Both the position numbers and the translations under genes were made by a program. A DNA stretch of 63,974 nt, counting the filler, from Collodictyon triciliatum (Eukaryota): NCBI GenBank assembly GCA_043381765.1. It is 12 parts of 12 records of this genome, joined end to end, with 100 filler letters (N's around TTAATTAATTAA, not from the genome) between each part and the next. Parts side by side here need not be neighbours in the genome. Positions count along the whole stretch, not along the records: positions 49,184 to 54,772 come from JBHJMP010005090.1; positions 54,873 to 60,459 come from JBHJMP010005091.1; positions 60,560 to 63,974 come from JBHJMP010005102.1; 9 more parts are not named here. One strand, given 5' to 3'. Of this stretch, positions 52,301 to 63,974 are shown piece after piece (the stretch's first letter is position 1; every line of letters starts with the position of its first letter). Under the pieces are notes generated by a model that was not told the DNA's origin, did no database searches, and saw only the letters and a list, made by a program, of their open reading frames with translations.

Positions 52301-54267
52301 TCCTTTTATCCTTTATTTTCAAGGTATTGCTAATGTAGAGTCGTATTACAGTCTCCTTCTTTTTCTTTCGGAAAAGAAAATTAATATATTTAGTGTATCT
52401 ATTGAGACTCCCGAATATTCCACTGATCGACTGGTGAAGCTTACTTTTCCCAGCATCCAAGATGCTCTTGCAGTGATTTCTCTGGGCCGAATTGAGATAA
52501 AGGGAAAACATATTCGCATATCACATAATGGAAGACAATTTTTAGGCGAAGGTTATCCACAAACATCATATGAAATCAATACCCTCCCAGTTTCATCTTT
52601 GTCTTTGATTGCAAGCCATTTAAATCATTTGAATATCACAAGAGAAAACCATTTAAATATTTTCTTTATTTACAGTTGGCAATTATATTGCGAATATATT
52701 ACCTAACATGCATCTGTTTACAATATTTTCTCTTCCAAAAGTGAGCAAAACGAGACCGCAGGGAGGCCCCCAACGGAGTGACCTTGATGCAGCCGAATCA
52801 TACATGGAAGGACATTACACTCCTGTTCCACCGCCACCAACAGTGACATACTTCTCCAAAAGCGACTTCCATCCTAGTGTTTTGAGCAAGTTTGTAAACA
52901 TATGCGACCACGTGCGCAAGTTAGACCACGATGGTAAAATCTGGAGTCCGACAGAGTGGCTTGAGGCCTTTAACGCATATGAAAGCAGACGGAGATACTC
53001 TACAACTGCGTCAAATCCACGTGGAAATCTCGATGAAGTGCGCCCGATGCGAGTGATCGTCATGCTTAACACAATCAAATTGTTTCAAACAGGTTCATAT
53101 AAAAACTCGAAAGGGCTTGTTGTTAGTATTCCACCAGTTGTGAGCAACACATTCTATATAGAAGCTCCAGAGATTCCTTTTGAACTTAATAGTCATGAGC
53201 ATGTCATTCAAGTCTACAATATGGATTGCTTAGAAGCAGCAAAAATGATCATAACCGATTCCAGTAATGTCCGAAATGTGGCAGTATTGAATATGGCATC
53301 CAAGTTTACGCCAGGAGGGGGATACAAAAAAGGAGACGCAGCACAAGAAGAAAATATTTTCCGACGTACAAACTACTGCACTCTACTGGATAGTGCTTGG
53401 AATAGTGAAAATCCTCATATGTCATCACAGGGATATCCAATGGAGTCGTTTGGAGGTGCATACACTAAAAAAGTGACCGTATTCCGGGGATTAGAATCGG
53501 AAGGATATCCTCTGCTTGATGATGCCTTCCAGTGCGACTTTGTGGCTGTGTATGCAATTAAAAGCGAGCGCAATCGAACATTTGGGAAGAGTGAGTTTCA
53601 CGAAACTCAAAAGAAGATAGAGTCCATCTTTAGGATATGCATCGCCAATGGGTGTGATGCTCTTGTGCTTGGTGCACTTGGATGTGGAGCCTACAACAAT
53701 CCCCCGAAAGTAATTGCTGAGGCCTTCTTGTCGATGATACATAATTACGGACATTTCTTCAAAAAGGTTTGGTCATTTGTTTCGTTTGTATTTTTCTTTT
53801 CATTCGAGTATATTATAAGGAGCGAGAGGAGGAGGGGGGAAGAAACATAATATAACTGGGTCTCCAAAATGTTGCTTGGTATCAATTATATAGCCTAATG
53901 CCAAGAGGTATCGAATTGCATTTTCATCTAGCTGATTATAGCCCTCCAACTCTTGCTAACTGTTAATCGCTTACTCGCATGTAACAGATTATCTTTGCCA
54001 TAAGAGATGACCACAATTCTGTCAACAACTTCTCGATATTCCATGGTCTTCTTGATGGGGTGGAAGTAAAGTCTGGGTTGTCGCCAAATGATACATTTGC
54101 CCCGGTATGCCGCGATGGGGGTATGTGCAGAGATTTTGGAGGCCACAGGATGCAGTTTCGACATCCGCAACGCTGCAGTATTCCCAGGTGCTCTAACCGA
54201 GAAGAAGCTCATCTGTTCTACTCTTGTCATAAGTAGCCATAGTGACATCCGCATTGCTGGTCCATAA
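49321..54267 (+). CDS. TRIM-like RING/B-box/coiled-coil protein fused to a microbial-type PARG macrodomain (DUF2263/TIGR02452-like); 5' truncated
   Basis: C3HC4 RING CLGC..ACGHIFCEEC..CPAC; two B-box-like Cys/His clusters; VAVLNMASKFTPGGGYKKGDAAQEENIFRRT and LVLGALGCGAYNNPP. Phase-compatible introns 49758-49880, 50188-50334, 50416-50499, 51040-51152, 52552-52741 and 53767-53988 join the ORFs into one frame; stop 54265-54267. Confidence 0.8.
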
Positions 54268-54690
54268 AGCAAGCAACCAACCAACTGACCAACTGACCAA
54301 CCAACCAACTGGCCAATTCTCGCGTGGGGATCCACGACAAACACCACAACAAAATAAAAAGGAAACAAAAGGATAGACCATGTCTCGATGTAAATTGTAC
54401 GGTACTACTCCCTAATCGATAAGGCATGCCTTTTTGGGAGGGAAGTGATAACGTGTGGTCACAACCCAATCAGCGTTGTGCACTTTTTTTCCGGGCGCGG
54501 CTGCTGCGGATGCGTCATTCTCGGCCCAAAAAGATCACGGGTGAGCAGAAAGTCCACAAGGAAAGAGGAACGCGCAAGCAGCGGGGAGTGTCCTACAACG
54601 CAATCTTATTTGGTGGAAACTTTGAGGCAGTCATAGAAGAGGAAAAAAAGGGAGGGAGCGAAAATCAAGCTAAAACTGGTCTAGATTACA

Positions 54691-54733
<43 letters not shown>

Positions 54734-55049
54734 GCTTTTGTTCTTTTTTTTTTTTTTTTTTTTTTTATTTTTNNNNNNNNNNNNNNNNNNNNNNNNNNNN
54801 NNNNNNNNNNNNNNNNTTAATTAATTAANNNNNNNNNNNNNNNNNNNNNNNNNNNNNNNNNNNNNNNNNNNNTTTTTTTTTTTTTTTTTTTTTTTTTTTG
54901 GGGGGGGGGGGGCTTCAGTTGTCACGCAGAAAGAATAAGGGAGCAAAATTGGTGCTAAAATTAGTTGTCCACTTAGTAACTCTATTTCATAGAGTTGTGG
55001 TAGATGCCGTTCATCGCTCACACAGGAGCGTTTTCTGGTGGTGGTGTTG

Positions 55050-55124
55050 ATGTGTGTGTGATTGTGTGTGTGTGTGAGTATGTGTGTGTGTGTGTGCGTG
55101 TTGAATATGTGTGTATGTGTGTAT

Positions 55125-55204
<80 letters not shown>
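55050..55204. repeat. (GT)n microsatellite right after the IFT57 stop codon
   Basis: Dinucleotide array. Confidence 0.95.
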
Positions 55205-55205
<1 letters not shown>

Positions 55206-55206
<1 letters not shown>

Positions 55207-57765
55207 CAATTACGATGGTCATCATCCCCGCCTAAGTCGACCCATTCATCATCTGAATCCACATCAGCCCGACTGACCTTGTCTCGGCGTCCTTTTGACG
55301 GGAATCTGGCATCATGCCAAGACCGCGAATGCATAGTTGATTTGAGTGATGCTGTTTCCTTCGTCTGACATGAAATCAGGTGAGTCAGGGCGACCCCAAC
55401 TCGAACCTCCATGCTTTTTAACTCATTCTGGGCACGAAATGATTTGCATTTTTGTGTTAATAAGTGTGATGTAACTAGTACGTCCCATTGACAAAAATAT
55501 GAAACTAATATCTGTAATTTACTTGTAAATGTAATAGGGCAAGTTTTCATTATAAAACATAGTAAGTACTTTAATTTGAGACATAGAAGACTTGATTTTG
55601 ACGACGGGTGTTGCGTCAGATATGGATGTACTTAGCTCGTCCATAATCCTCTTCAAATGAAAAAAAATGCAGAAAAAGGGAGGTTGATACGCACTATCAC
55701 AAATAGAATATTTTCATTGAGAAAAATCGGTATTGCCATATTATCCTCATACTTTGGTCCTGTCTAATTCGTCATTTATCTGGTTCAGCTCTTGGGAAAA
55801 TTGCACAAGCTTTTCACTACTTCGCCCGTAAGTTTCCTGCTTCTTTGACATTTCTTCGTGGACTGCTCGGTATTCGGCTGTCTGCGTAAGGTAAAGTATT
55901 TAATGTCCATACCAAGGTAGAACGTATGAACCAAACTGAAAAAGTGAAAATAGATATGTGTGCTAAATTAAGTTGCGTGTTGTGGTTGCTACAATGGGAA
56001 TTAATGCCGACAGGAATGATTCGTTTTCTTACCAGCTTTTCCATCTGAGAGTTGATTGTTTTCTCTCGCAGAACAATTTTTTCCGTCGTCATTTTTACAT
56101 CACTGCTAACTTTACCAAGCGTATCCATCGTATCCCCTGTGTCTGAGCCCATACCCTACCGTAAATCAAATATACCGAACGCTAAATTAGCAAGACACAG
56201 AGATAGGGAGATAATGCCTGTATTTTTTTATATAAAAAAAAAGTCAGATGAGATACATCACAAATGTCGCGCATTGTATCGAAATGGGACCGCCAGCTAC
56301 GGTCGTCCATCTTTACGATTGTCTGAGAAAAAATCAAGTTAGTGCATAAATGAACGAGATACTCTGCTTAAAAAAAACGAAGATTTTGGTGCCTGATCAC
56401 ATGTACAACCCATGCTTTAGTAAGTATTTGTAAGACTATAAAGTCATCAACTCTTCATCGAGTTCATCTTCGAACCTGTAACAAGGGACGCACTCTTTCC
56501 AACTCGATTTTCCATGCATTAGGGTCGACAGCTGACTCACTTATTCTATAATTTTCCCGAACAAGTCAAAATGAGACTTGGTCACAGGGAATCAAATGCC
56601 AAAATGATATAAAAATTGTGACATGGGCATGAAGTGAAAAAAAACGAAGAAAAAACCAGAGGCAACAAAAAAAAAAAAAATTAGAAATTTCATTACTGCG
56701 CTGTCTTTGATTCATTGTGCTTCTTATACTCTGAAAATTCGTCATCCTCGTGGTCATTTACCATGTGTTCCTCATGAATCTCGTCATCTCGTCCTTGTTC
56801 TGATGATTCAACTTCCATGTCGCCAGGGTACCTTACCAATCCATGAAGACAATAAAATTATACGTTAGACAATCGCCAAAAAAAGAAAAAAGAAAAAAAA
56901 AAGACAAAAAATGGCAGTGTCAAAGTGCCTTTCGTGTCATTGCTTCATTATTCCATACCAAAATACGCAAACCCAGCCCAGGTTATAATATAGAAAAAAT
57001 TGGTTTTAAAAAAGAAACCTATCAGGTATAGCCGATGGTGTCATTATCTTAACAGTCTGAGACGCATTCAATGAGAGCTGGTACAGAATTTGCATAACGT
57101 GCTCACCGTACCCTTAGAATATCGGGTAAGTAATAGATCGAATTGGGAATGTAATATACTTATGTAAGATGGTTTTAACAGAAAAATACTGACCTTGCTT
57201 AAGCTTCCCAGAAACAATATCAATACCAAGGTTTAGTTTCTTAAGTTCTGTCGCTGCATAACAATTAAAAAAAAGTAATTAATGTATTACGTAGAATCCG
57301 ATTGATATTCAGCTTGTTGCCCGAAAGTAAAGCTTTATGAATCTGATGATAGAAAGCTTGCCTAGGGTTGAGACAGTGATACTTGGGTCATCGTACTCTT
57401 TGGGGTATGTCACTGACGCTCCGCACAGACTCATCAACCAGCAGACAAGAGAGGAAAAGTAATAAAACTGTGTTTATAGGTTTTTGTTTTCCTGAATAAT
57501 CCAGCTGCATTTTTAACAAATAAATGTCATGTTTCTTATCGACAGACGCTTGATGAATAATTACCTGTCGATATGGCTCCGTTGCCACCCCCAAGAAATA
57601 GTGCTTGTCAATTATTGGAAGTTTTCTGTGATTGATGATATTTCAAGGTGAAATGCTGATAGATGCCTAATCAGTTGCGATGTCATAAATTTCTTGTCCA
57701 TTATGTATGGTATACGTACTTGTCTACACAGAATTTGGACTCATAATGAAGTAATTTCAATATAT
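55206..57765 (-). CDS. IFT57: Intraflagellar transport protein 57 (start codon not located)
   Basis: ILKLLHYESKF, HYF, FYYFSSLVCWL..PKEYDDPS, KLKQ|GYGEHV, DDRSWRSHFDTM, TEKIVLREKTINSQME, SISDATPVVKIK, ELKSMEVRVGV match the IFT57 motif order. Confidence 0.88.
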
Positions 57766-58274
57766 CTACGAAACAATCAGCAAGAAATAATTCTTCGGAA
57801 CCGCAGGACTACAAAAAAAAATTGAAAAATATTACATCTATATAAATGAAACGTGGGGCAGAAAATAATAATCTAGTTTCCACTTATGAATCAATTACGT
57901 TGATTGATAAACTTTTGGCTGTCCCCAATGTGTTTACAGTAACATTGGTGTTTACAGTAAGCTTTGCTAAATGTTTCATCATTCCAGGTCTTGAAGACCG
58001 CAGTGATGACGTCTTCAAGAAGTTTTGGGTTTAGCAAATGATTTATTTTTTTTGAATATATTACCATCAAAAGCACACACATATATACAAATCTGAGGGG
58101 GAAAATCTGAATTACGTTATCTGACGGAAGTCCGACAATGGCTTCGATAGTCTGGTCTCTAGTTAGGATAAATTTATTTATAATGGAGCAAATATGAATT
58201 GATGGAAAATTACTTTTTATGCTTCCTCGCAAGAATTAAGCAATTAGGAACAAATGAAATATATTCAATACATA

Positions 58275-58397
<123 letters not shown>

Positions 58398-59129
58398 TCA
58401 ATGATTTTTTTCCTTTATTCGATTCAAAGTACACACTCAATGATAAAAAGCGTCATATCTGAATATTGGTCAAATATATGCGTTTTCATAGATTTTTTTT
58501 GTAAAAAAAAATCACTTGATGGTCGACTGTGTTCTTTGATCAACTACGACAACAGCAGGAAATGCTAAGGTTAAAGATGGTCGCCTCTGTGTAGGTACGG
58601 GAGCTACTGTGGGTGCTATAGCAATGTTTGACATCACATTTTTCCCACGTGTTTATTCATTTACTTAATATTTAATTTTGTTGCTGCTGATGTTTTCGCT
58701 ATTTTTTTCTTAATTGTTGGCAAGGGAGATTAGCCGAAAGTAAGATAAAAAATGACAAGAGCTAGGAAATATAATGGGCGAATTATGGGAGGAGGTGACC
58801 ATGAAGTCCATACATATGAGCTGGCTTTTCGACCGAGAGCGTGTTAGAGCAGCTACGACACCTTCTCTTGGACTTGTTTTTGGTCCGTCGACGTCTACTG
58901 TTCCTTGAACAAGAGCTACATATTTTGAATGAAAGCCACTGTTATCGGTAATTTTATATAATAAAAAATCGTAAGTGGTTTTAATTGTGCTGGGTGTAAC
59001 ACGACAGAATATTAAGAAAAAAAAAGTGGGATCGTGTTATCTCCACGATTCGATTTTTAACTGAATTGTTGCATTTTTTTTAATATTCAGAAAATTCCTA
59101 TCGAACTTTATAAGTAAAGATGGAGACAC

Positions 59130-59218
<89 letters not shown>
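59130..59218. repeat. (TAA)n microsatellite
   Basis: Trinucleotide array. Confidence 0.95.
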
Positions 59219-59219
<1 letters not shown>

Positions 59220-59489
59220 TAAAGAGGATGAAACAAGATAAAAGATCTGAAACCGTGTAGTGGCGCTTCTGCAGATATGGTGGTTTTGAACTCCCTTTCC
59301 TCTTCTTGTAGCCTCAAAAGACTGCTGTTTTTTCTCCCTCGCTTTTTATAGTTTGCAACAAGTTGATCAAAGTTTTCAGTTTGGTTTGTGTCAGGAATTA
59401 TTCCTGGCGTGCGAAAAGCGAGATCCAAACGGTTGATTATTGGTAGTTTAATGAAATAGCAACAAACTTTCACTATTGCCTTTCCTTTT

Positions 59490-59490
59490 C

Positions 59491-59586
<96 letters not shown>

Positions 59587-59590
59587 TTTT
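59490..59590. repeat. (TTTC)n microsatellite
   Basis: Tetranucleotide array. Confidence 0.95.
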
Positions 59591-60869
59591 CTTTCTCCAT
59601 CGTTCGTTCCATCGTGGTCTCCAGCTTTTACACTCACCGTTAGGACCGTTGGCAAATACCGCAACAGCACCTTTGAGAGCAGCGAGCGCGTCTGGTGTCA
59701 ATTCAGACATGAAACTGGCCCGCAGCCACTTTGTGTCGATCGGCCCGCTCTGCCCAACTGCTATGATATGGTTCAATGAAGGCTGGCTGAGAAAAAAGGT
59801 GGAACAACAGACAGCCAGAAGTTTGCGGTATGGATGAAAGCCAGTATCTTCTACTTCTACCTAACGGAGGCCGTAGAGTATCATAAAGGAATGTCATATT
59901 CACTTTGAGTCGAATAAAGGGGAAAAAAATAAAGGAATGGCATAGAAGTTGGTGCGGTTGGGCAACGATTTGAGGTATGGCAACAGAGACGCCATCTGAT
60001 GTGTGTGATGACTCCAGAAATGGTGGAGGCAAAGAAAACTGGACAAAGAAAGTAGATTAAGAGCACCAGGCTGAAAGTAAGATCTGAAGCCTCATTCGTT
60101 CAGAAATAAGTTCAAAAGTAAAAGAATAAATACGCAAAGTAAACTCGCACAAACTGAAAGGAAGAATATAATATAGATTAAAAAAAAGTGAAAGGGTATT
60201 TGTCAGACACGTCCCAAACATAAACACTAGAGCACGGTCTTTCTCAAAGTGTCTGAGTATCCAGTACTCCACCATAGAGTGACTGCCTACACATCTGAGA
60301 GATAATATCGACAAGGCTTTCCTTAAGGCTGAGCTGGCGTGGTGAGAGGCGCAAGAACCCACTCCGACTCGTTCTAACCCAATCTTTCTCCCTTTTTTTT
60401 TTGTTTTTTCACTTGTTTTTCAGTGTTTTTTTTTTTTTTTTGCACTTTTTTTTTTCTTTNNNNNNNNNNNNNNNNNNNNNNNNNNNNNNNNNNNNNNNNN
60501 NNNTTAATTAATTAANNNNNNNNNNNNNNNNNNNNNNNNNNNNNNNNNNNNNNNNNNNNAAAAAAAAAAGGAGTTAATATCCCAAGGCATATTGACATGG
60601 AAACAACAAATGAAAAAGTAAACAAAGAAAAAATATGATCCTTTCGTGTGATCACCAGCCTCGAAAGAACAAATGCTTGTAAGGAGGTTGCAAACTTAGG
60701 ACGTTGCTATCTTCCTTTTCCTTTCTTTCGCTTTTCTTTTCTTTTCTTTTCTTTTTTCTTTTCTTTTCTTTCTTTCGTGCGAGATACGTAGAGTTGAAAG
60801 TGACACTGTCCGTTTATCAAAGGAAACCTTGTTGAAGTAGAAAAGTAGGGCTGTGTTTTCTCCCAAAAC

Positions 60870-63528
60870 ATGTCCTCCAGCTCATCTTCTGATGGTGACT
60901 CTCGCACGCCCTCGCCGACGGAACCGTCTTCGTCCCATGGAAAGCCGACCAAAACCGAGGTTCAGGCGGAAAAAAAGAAATGGAAAATGATTCGAGAACA
61001 AAAGGAGGACAAGAAGCAGTTTCGAAAAGAACGCCTTGAGGTCGTCGCTTCCGGCGTTGTGGACGAGTTTAGCTGGAATCCTTCTATGAACCCAGAGGCA
61101 TCTGGAGGTCTTCGCAACTATCTCTTGCACTTCTGCCCCAAGGAGGTGATACCAAGATACGGAGGGCTTGTGATACCTTTCATTCACCGACTCAGCCAAC
61201 TGCAGAGCTATCTTCCGTTTGACCCCAACACCATCGTGCTGAATCCTGGGGAGACAATAGACATGAAAAGAGGAGATGTCTCTATTCTCTTGGCTGCTGG
61301 TTTGATGCTAGAGCTAGACAGAAACTACTTCAAGTTCAGTCGGTTCTTGAGCGCTTTGGGGGAGAGAGTCGGAAGCCAGGTTTTCTATATCATTTGCTAT
61401 ACTCTTCTCTTTCTTTTCCTCCCTCTTTGATTCTCGCTTGATCTGTTACACCTATATTGCAATACCACGTATTTTAATCATTATGTGGATATCTAGCACT
61501 ATTAGTTTCGCTAATATCGCAAACTCGCACAATACCACCACAAATCCTTCGCCAAAATAACATATAATTATCCCCACAGGGAGGGAAAATGCGATGCCTG
61601 TTAAATTACTTCGACATTGTCAGGGATCGATATATGAAGAAAATAAGGGAGCATAATGAGGAAATTCGCTATGAAACTCTGCAGGATGCTATGCATGGTA
61701 GTTCATTATTTTTTCTGCATCCTTAGTCTCAAATATTTCTTAAGATTTTTTTTTTTAAAAAAAAACCGACGTCTGAAACGTCTGCACAGGGAACATTCTA
61801 TTCCAATCTAGGGTTTTAAACCCAGACATAAACTCCACGCAATGGGCTTCTAGCACAAAGAGCCTTTGTCAAGTAGTGGTTGATGATTTGGGTACAATCG
61901 AAGATGATGGGAAGGTTTTTTTTTAAAATTTTTTTTTTATGTAAAACACTCGTTTATTAATTCATTCATTTACTTGCTCATTCATTTGCTCAGAAATCTA
62001 TTCAAGCTGACTTTGCAAACAAAAGAATTGGAGGGGGAGTCTTGAGATTGGGATGTGTCCAAGTGCGAACTTAAATACATCACCATTTATGTATTAAAAG
62101 ATGATCACCTTAGAGCACCATTTCAACGCATTTTAATCACTCTACTTATTGATAATTTTTTTGATTTCTTGCATTATTTTCTACGCGTGATTGCAGGAGG
62201 AAATACGATTCGGTATATATAAGTTTCTTAGAAAGTTATTTCTCCAAACTTTTGATATACACAACAATATGATTCAATTTAGATATGAAAATTGACGAGT
62301 CATTACGTGTAACAAGATTTATTGAAAACTGTTGTACTTATTAAAATAAGTTCGTCAAATTATTCTTGTTTTTTTTTTTTTTGAATGAGATTAGTTATCA
62401 ATCCCGAGTGCCTTGTTTCACTACTGCTGAAGAGCGAACCAATGACCCCACTGGAATCTATTATGATTTTAGGAACTGAAAGATTCTCGAATTATCGAGG
62501 ATATGGCGGGTAATGGTGAAAAATTCACCATAAACACAGTTTTACAAGACCAAACATTGATTTCACATACCCCATCTTGCCTAGATAAAAAAATAAATTG
62601 AAAAAAAATCATATATTAAAATAGGTCATTTCGATTTTCAGAGCCCCATACCGATGATGTGGAAGTTATTGAATACAACGGTAGCCGTTACATTAATACA
62701 AATATTGTTGCGATAGATGCAATACCAATGAAGAGCATTCCTCGCCAATTTGACGAAGAAAACTTTCGCAGAGAGTTACACAAGGTTTATACTTGTTGAA
62801 ATTCAGCTTCTGGTCGATATTCAAACTTCATGAATCCCTTATCTGTTTTCTTCAGTACATTACAGTCTCTTTTTTCTATTATTTTCTTATTTATTCTGCC
62901 TTTCAATTTCTTATTTCCTTACTTCTTAATGTCATTACTTAAATTTTTATACCAGTCACTTAGTGGCTTCACGATCAACGAATGGGAGAGACAGAGTGAA
63001 GTTATGCCCGTAGCAACAGGCAATTGGGGATGTGGAGCTTTCGGCGGGTGCATTCAGATTAAGTCATTGGTGCAGTGGATTTCATGCTCTATAGCTGGTT
63101 TGCTTTCTTTCATACATAAAATGATATTAGCATATGTGCGCAATAAAGCATATAATATTTTCTTCCTGTATTCGATTAGAAGCCACAAAGTATATATAAT
63201 TAATCATTTAGATAAAAAAATCATAAGAACAAAATAAATTAGTGATGAAAATCACACTTTAATCAATCAAAGTAAAAAGGAATGATGATGTAGTAAATAA
63301 TAATCATTTCTCGCTAAGTCAGCATCATGTAAAATAGATCGGCGATTGATGCAGTACTATACTTTCAAAGACAAGAACGCTGCAGGGACAAGGGAAGTTA
63401 TGCAAGCTATTTACGAGGCAGGATGGAGCGTCGGACTTTTGTATGCCAACATAATGTCTTATAGTGCCGACACTTGGGAAGAATGTAAGCTGTATGAATT
63501 CTTGCTCAGGAAAGCAGGAAAAATATAA
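60870..63528 (+). CDS. PARG: Canonical (eukaryotic-type) poly(ADP-ribose) glycohydrolase, compact form
   Basis: KMRCLLNYF, GTIEDDG, QADFANKRIGGGVLRLGCVQ|EEIRF|VINPECLVS, GTERFSNYRGYG, IVAIDA, RELHK, VATGNWGCGAFGG, KSLVQWISCS, YYTF. Confidence 0.93.
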
Positions 63529-63974
63529 CGATAGAGAATTCTTTGAATCGAGTAAGCGGGGGGAAATGGCAAGAATTTAAGTTTTTCTACAAACTGAAGT
63601 ATGATCAAAGCCACATAAAGTATTACAACAGCGCGCCACCAAAGAAATTGCGCAGAAAAGTTATCCATTCTTCCTTCGATAGCATGCATTCAACATTCAA
63701 CATTTTTCTATTTCCCATGAATCACTGAAACAACTTCCTATCAAACTAATCAAATAAAATGCTAAAAAAATATGGACAAAAATTGACCTTATGATTCTTG
63801 TGATATTGCTCATATCATGATTCGAAAATATACCAAAGTTTTTGCTCCCGCGTTGGCAGATTCTGTATAATCACTGCGAAATGACAATACCCCTGAACGA
63901 GCCATTGGCAGCAGGACAAATATGCTGGGACAACCAGAAAGGCTTCTGCATCATCAAACAGGTTCACGAAGGCA

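Noticed and set aside
62513-62531. 8-bp hairpin ATGGTGAA/TTCACCAT at a PARG intron start
   Set aside because: Too short to exceed chance in 64 kb of AT-rich sequence

Overview
Eukaryotic, AT-rich, intron-rich genome of an unidentified protist with flagellar/centriolar genes. The window is not one locus. It is 12 unrelated contigs/scaffolds (ten internal; nine of ~5.6 kb, roughly size-sorted) joined by artificial 100-nt N-TTAATTAATTAA-N linkers, so gene adjacency across linkers means nothing. Reconstructing GT-AG exons by eye gives: an ankyrin-repeat TKL kinase, SUA5, a signal-peptide WD40/Cys-rich/FG-GAP protein, a decayed L1/Tx1-type LINE 3' end, CEP350-like, neuferricin, CEP85-like, a DTW-domain tRNA-modifying enzyme, RAD51D-like, a short OSBP-related protein, a DUF4062-NACHT-TPR STAND protein (plus the 5' end of a close paralog), a RING/B-box protein fused to a microbial-type PARG macrodomain, IFT57 and a canonical PARG. 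Most notable: (1) an NLR-like DUF4062-NACHT-TPR gene whose TPR repeats are each one 126-nt phase-symmetric exon, with variation concentrated in one segment and signs of recent unit shuffling; (2) a TRIM-like E3 ligase-PARG fusion; (3) an apparently secreted, glycosylated HET-E-like WD40 propeller joined to an integrin-type FG-GAP propeller; (4) a short Pol III-type (A-box/B-box/T5) RNA candidate that does not fold as a canonical tRNA. All family calls come from motif recognition, not database searches.
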